NCBI GenBank assembly: GCA_015228925.1
Contig: JADGCQ010000005.1
Location: forward strand, 3,394 to 67,393
DNA from: Magnetococcales bacterium
Lineage (GTDB): Bacteria > Pseudomonadota > Magnetococcia > Magnetococcales > UBA8363
Direction of reading: 5' to 3'
DNA: 64,000 nt
Below are positions 60,448 through 64,000 of this stretch, piece by piece; the first letter of the stretch is position 1; each line of letters begins with the position of its first letter. The notes below the pieces were generated by a model that worked only from the letters and a program-made list of their open reading frames with translations, had not been told where the DNA came from and did no database searches. Position numbers and translations under genes: made by a program.

Positions 60448-61548
60448 CTATTCTCCCCAATCCAGCCGGATGTCTTCGTTGAGCAGATATTCCGATTGAG
60501 TAAGTATGGGGTTGTCAGGCATCTCATTGCGTAAATCGTGGAAGGTGGCAGTAACCCCCGTTGGAGATTTCCGCAGGTCCACCAAAGACGTTTTTGTTTG
60601 TGTACGGCGAGCCAGTTGTTCAATGCGTTTAAGAAAAAAATAACTGTGGGTGGCGGCGTAGACCTGAATGCCCGCTTGGCTCAGGGCAAAAAGAATGTCC
60701 GCCAACGCAATGATCGCTTGCGGATGCAGATTGACCTCCGGTTCGTCAACCAGGAGGACGCTCCCCTGGGTCAAGCTACGGTTTAAAATCAAACGACTCA
60801 GGATACCAATTTTCTTAAATCCCTCCGATGTCAGTGACATGGAGTAGGTTTTGCCTTCTCTTTGATAGACAAATTTGGATCCGACTTCGGCTATCTCTCC
60901 GTTATGTAATGTTTTTTTAATTGTAGTGAGAATATTCTCCAGTTTTGGTTCAATTTTCCCGTAGGTGGGGGCGGCACGAAAATCATCGATCAAATCCAGG
61001 TAGGTGTCATCAAAACCCGCAATTTCCATCCTTCTTCGGGTTGCCTCAATGGCGTGCATGGCGGTAAGAATTTCTTTGGGTGGAAAAAAAACAACCGGTC
61101 CGATCGGATTAACCGCAAATGAGATCTCATTAAAAGTTTCTGGTATAACCGATACGGAAAAGGAGAATTCACCGCCTCCCACACATGCCTTCATTTTCAA
61201 GGATTCTTGGCCACCACGGATCAAGTGTGCATGATTGAAATCTTTCGGTTGCATCGTCCATGACAACTTGTTGCGGAAACAATCCACCCATGCTTCTGGT
61301 TGTGGTCCGTCTCTTTTCTGAACGAACAGGTTAATACTACGCCCTACGGAATAGAGCATTTTCAGCAGATGCGTTTTGCCCGTATCATTTTCGCCGATGA
61401 TGACGTTCATGGCGGAATGGTCCAGCCAGTCCAGTTGGGCAAACGATGTAAAATTGGTCAGTTCCAAGCTGGAAAACACGCATCCGCTCCCTCGATTGCC
61501 ACCCCTGTCCGACGGGTTGCACGGCGTCGGAAGGGGTGGGTCGATCAT
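60448..61548 (-). CDS. ABC/SMC-like AAA ATPase (AAA_15/AAA_21 type)
   Basis: Walker A GENDTGKT. Signature-like LTSEG. Walker B VLLVDEPEVNLHP. H-loop ATHS. An alternative GTG start at 61479 has a gagggag SD. Confidence 0.75.
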   Translation of the reverse strand: MIDPPLPTPCNPSDRGGNRGSGCVFSSLELTNFTSFAQLDWLDHSAMNVIIGENDTGKTHLLKMLYSVGRSINLFVQKRDGPQPEAWVDCFRNKLSWTMQPKDFNHAHLIRGGQESLKMKACVGGGEFSFSVSVIPETFNEISFAVNPIGPVVFFPPKEILTAMHAIEATRRRMEIAGFDDTYLDLIDDFRAAPTYGKIEPKLENILTTIKKTLHNGEIAEVGSKFVYQREGKTYSMSLTSEGFKKIGILSRLILNRSLTQGSVLLVDEPEVNLHPQAIIALADILFALSQAGIQVYAATHSYFFLKRIEQLARRTQTKTSLVDLRKSPTGVTATFHDLRNEMPDNPILTQSEYLLNEDIRLDWGE

Positions 61549-62522
61549 TATTTCGACTTCTCTTTGATCTCTTTATCGAGGACTTCCTTAAAGGCGTCCA
61601 AAGGCACCGCCCCGACCAGCTTCAATCCGTTGATGAAAAACGTTGGGGTTCCCGTGATTCCCAATTGTTGTCCTTCGGCGGAGTCCGAAGCAATGCGAGA
61701 GGCGTGACGACCACTGGTGAGGCACTCATCAAATTTGGCGGTATCCAATTTCAGTTTTGTGGCCAATTCTTTCAAGGCATCCACGGCCAAAGATTGAGAA
61801 TCGGCAAACAATGCATCATGAAAATCCCAAAACTTGCTCTGCTCGTTGGCGCACATGGCCGCCTCCGAGGCTTTCGGGGCGAGCTTATGGAACGGCAGCG
61901 GATAGTGCCGGAATACAAATCGCAGTTTATCACCATAGGTTTCCTTCAATTTACCCAGTACCGCTTGCGCTTTGCGGCAATAGGGACACTCAAAATCGGA
62001 AAACTCAATGATGGTGACCGGGGCGTTGGCCGGACCGCGACTCAAATCTTGGGGGCCGGTGACGGTGTAGCGCGGCTCTTCCAATAAAATTTCTACCTTG
62101 TACCGGCTGGCCAAATCTTCATGGTACTTGGTCTTGGCCAATTTCAGTGCCTGATTTTCCAAAAATGAGTGAACCTTTTCCTTGATGCCGGGATCGTTGG
62201 CTGGAATCTTGGCCTTGTTGGCCTCCATAAACTGCTTGACCTGATCCTCGGTAACCGGTACCAAATATTTGGCCGCCATCTTGTCCACAACCTGATCCTT
62301 GGGAATGTTGTTGGCCTTGGATTCAAGTTCCAACAAATGGTCGAGGACTTCCGCTTCAATCTTTTCAATCCGAAGATCATGGACCTGCCCAGAAATCATG
62401 GTGTCCACCTTGCCAAGATCAAGGGTCCAATCCCCCACACGGGCTGCCGGTTCTCCCTGGACCTGAATGGGCAACAACAGTACAAACAAACTTGAAAGAA
62501 GCAAGCCTTTAATTTTACTCAT
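61548..62522 (-). CDS. DsbA-family thiol:disulfide oxidoreductase with an N-terminal chaperone-like extension
   Basis: Signal peptide MSKIKGLLLSSLFVLLLPIQVQG. Thioredoxin motif FSDFECPYCRKA. Start at ATG 62522 with an aagga SD. Confidence 0.8.
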   Translation of the reverse strand: MSKIKGLLLSSLFVLLLPIQVQGEPAARVGDWTLDLGKVDTMISGQVHDLRIEKIEAEVLDHLLELESKANNIPKDQVVDKMAAKYLVPVTEDQVKQFMEANKAKIPANDPGIKEKVHSFLENQALKLAKTKYHEDLASRYKVEILLEEPRYTVTGPQDLSRGPANAPVTIIEFSDFECPYCRKAQAVLGKLKETYGDKLRFVFRHYPLPFHKLAPKASEAAMCANEQSKFWDFHDALFADSQSLAVDALKELATKLKLDTAKFDECLTSGRHASRIASDSAEGQQLGITGTPTFFINGLKLVGAVPLDAFKEVLDKEIKEKSK

Positions 62523-62574
62523 AAAACGATCCTTGGATAAAGGGAGAAGGGGGGCAAATAAAAAACCATGCTGT

Positions 62575-63006
62575 TCATGAACCATAAATCTGCTCTGCTC
62601 TTTTGCAAAAAGATTCTACCATGGAATGGGATGCCTTGCTAAATACCGGACCCATGGCCAAATCAACCAGCTTTTTACTGAACGTGAAGTCGATGGAAAA
62701 CGCAACCTTCGAACCGTTGGGCATATCGATGAATTGCCACTCACTGTCGAGATGGCTAAAGGGGCCGGATAGATTGGAAATGGTAATGCGATGGGGAGGA
62801 TCCACCTCATCGTAGGTGCAAAAAGTCTCCCGTAACCCCTTAAAAGCAAAGGTCATCTCCGATTTAAATCCCTTTTCGGTGACTTCAAACTTGCGCGATT
62901 TGACCAGCCAGGGGATAAATTCTGGATAGCGATCCATATCGGCGACCAGTTCAAACATTTGCTGTGCCGAAAAAGGGACAAGAACACTGGTGCTACGTTT
63001 AGGCAT
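62575..63006 (-). CDS. SRPBCC/START-fold protein of the RatA / PasT / Coq10 family
   Basis: 143 aa. VPFSAQQMFELVADMDRYPEFIPW...FKGLRETF... is the typical pattern. Confidence 0.8.
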   Translation of the reverse strand: MPKRSTSVLVPFSAQQMFELVADMDRYPEFIPWLVKSRKFEVTEKGFKSEMTFAFKGLRETFCTYDEVDPPHRITISNLSGPFSHLDSEWQFIDMPNGSKVAFSIDFTFSKKLVDLAMGPVFSKASHSMVESFCKRAEQIYGS

Positions 63007-63447
63007 TTATCGACCTCCCTGTCCGTAAAGAGCCTGCGCCCGTTTGCGAAAGGCGCCAATCATCTGCTTGGATACCTGCGAAAAAACCGGCCCCATGATC
63101 ATCTCCTTCATGCGGCTGTCAAATTTAAAATCAATAAAAAAATCAACGCTTGTGACACCATTATTTTCTGTAAAAATCCAGGTGCTGACGAGATATTGGA
63201 ATGGACCTGATTTTAAATTGATCTCCACCTTCTTCCCAGGAACCACAACGTCCAACGTTTGGAAACTCTCACGCAACCCCTTGAATGAAACCGTCAACTC
63301 AGCCAAAAACTGACCTGGTTGCTGATCCCAGGCCCGCGCTTTGACACACCATGGAAGAAATTGCGGATATTTCTCCACGTCAATGACGAGATCATAAATC
63401 TGCATGGCGGAAAATGGCAGGGTTTCACTGACGCGGATTCTTGGCAT
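63007..63447 (-). CDS. Second, tandem RatA / Coq10-family SRPBCC paralogue
   Basis: LPFSAMQIYDLVIDVEKYPQFLPW...FKGLRESF. Its stop directly abuts the ATG of the downstream paralogue. Start chosen at ATG 63447; the track ORF begins at a TTG at 63486. Confidence 0.75.
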   Translation of the reverse strand: MPRIRVSETLPFSAMQIYDLVIDVEKYPQFLPWCVKARAWDQQPGQFLAELTVSFKGLRESFQTLDVVVPGKKVEINLKSGPFQYLVSTWIFTENNGVTSVDFFIDFKFDSRMKEMIMGPVFSQVSKQMIGAFRKRAQALYGQGGR

Positions 63448-63616
63448 AAAGGGATTCGTGATGTTTCGTGATGCGGTTGTTGTCAACGACGCTTCGTTGA
63501 AATATGCTCAGGGCCAAGCATATTGCAATGTGATGGATGGGTCCATGAATTCTGGTATTTTTTTCGCGGTTCTTTTATGGACGGGGCTGTCTTAATAAAA
63601 ATTCAAGGAAACCAAA

Positions 63617-64000
63617 GTGAAAGATCCTCTATCTACTTCCGGTACACCGTTACCGAAATCCTCTGCCCTCTCTGCCAACCTTGCCCAAACCAAGGTTGAA
63701 GCCGTTACCATCGATCCCGCCCATGAGGTGCTACGCGACGTTGTGCGCGATTATCAAGGCATTTTGGATACCTTGGACCGGTTACTCCTGGAACTCAATC
63801 ATCCTTTTCGCAATTGGACCGTCATCCTGCCAGAACTTAAAAGCTTCGTTCTGAAGCATGTTGGCATCTATCTCGGCCATGAACGGGGACCGGAATGTTT
63901 GACGTTGTTTTACCGTTTGTTTCGCCAAGCCCAAGGTGAAGGGGTACGCACCGACCTTTCCCGACCCGCTTGGGAGGCATTAAGTGCCTGTATGGTGCGT
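63617..64000 (+). CDS. 5' part of an ORF running off the window (hypothetical)
   Basis: GTG 63617 follows an aaggaa SD. The frame stays open for 128 codons to the window end. Confidence 0.4.
   Translation, partial: MKDPLSTSGTPLPKSSALSANLAQTKVEAVTIDPAHEVLRDVVRDYQGILDTLDRLLLELNHPFRNWTVILPELKSFVLKHVGIYLGHERGPECLTLFYRLFRQAQGEGVRTDLSRPAWEALSACMVR

Overview
This 64-kb window comes from a Gram-negative, proteobacterial-type chromosome of mid GC content. No rRNA, tRNA, CRISPR array or transposase gene could be recognised by eye.

Recognisable housekeeping genes:
- petABC (cytochrome bc1)
- trmL, pyrF and ppnP
- an AmiC-type amidase followed by TamB
- an RNase D-like exonuclease
- a rubredoxin-reductase-like flavoprotein

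The window is unusually dense in signalling genes:
- three GGDEF or GGDEF-EAL proteins
- four large, mostly hybrid, histidine kinases
- an output-less periplasmic sensor protein
- a PotD-like binding protein placed directly upstream of a kinase pair

Accessory content:
- a pel-like exopolysaccharide operon (pelB-like, C, D, E, F, G; no pelA) in which PelE is fused to a cyclic-nucleotide-binding domain
- an 871-aa protein combining a metallo-beta-lactamase domain, two cNMP-binding domains and a hemerythrin domain
- a thiaminase-I-like secreted protein with a Cys-rich tail, divergent from a radical SAM gene
- a Phd/VapC toxin-antitoxin pair next to a DUF2335 gene
- an orphan DUF433 gene
- two copies of a non-coding MITE-like inverted-repeat element

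The best candidate for an undescribed system is the 57.3-61.5 kb islet between trmL and a dsbA-like gene. It holds a stand-alone divergent class III cyclase-homology protein. That gene is convergent with an abutting pair made of an ABC-type ATPase and a PD-(D/E)xK-like nuclease. Small or interrupted ORFs and AT-rich spacers fill the rest.

All functional calls rest on motif recognition by eye. No database search was run.
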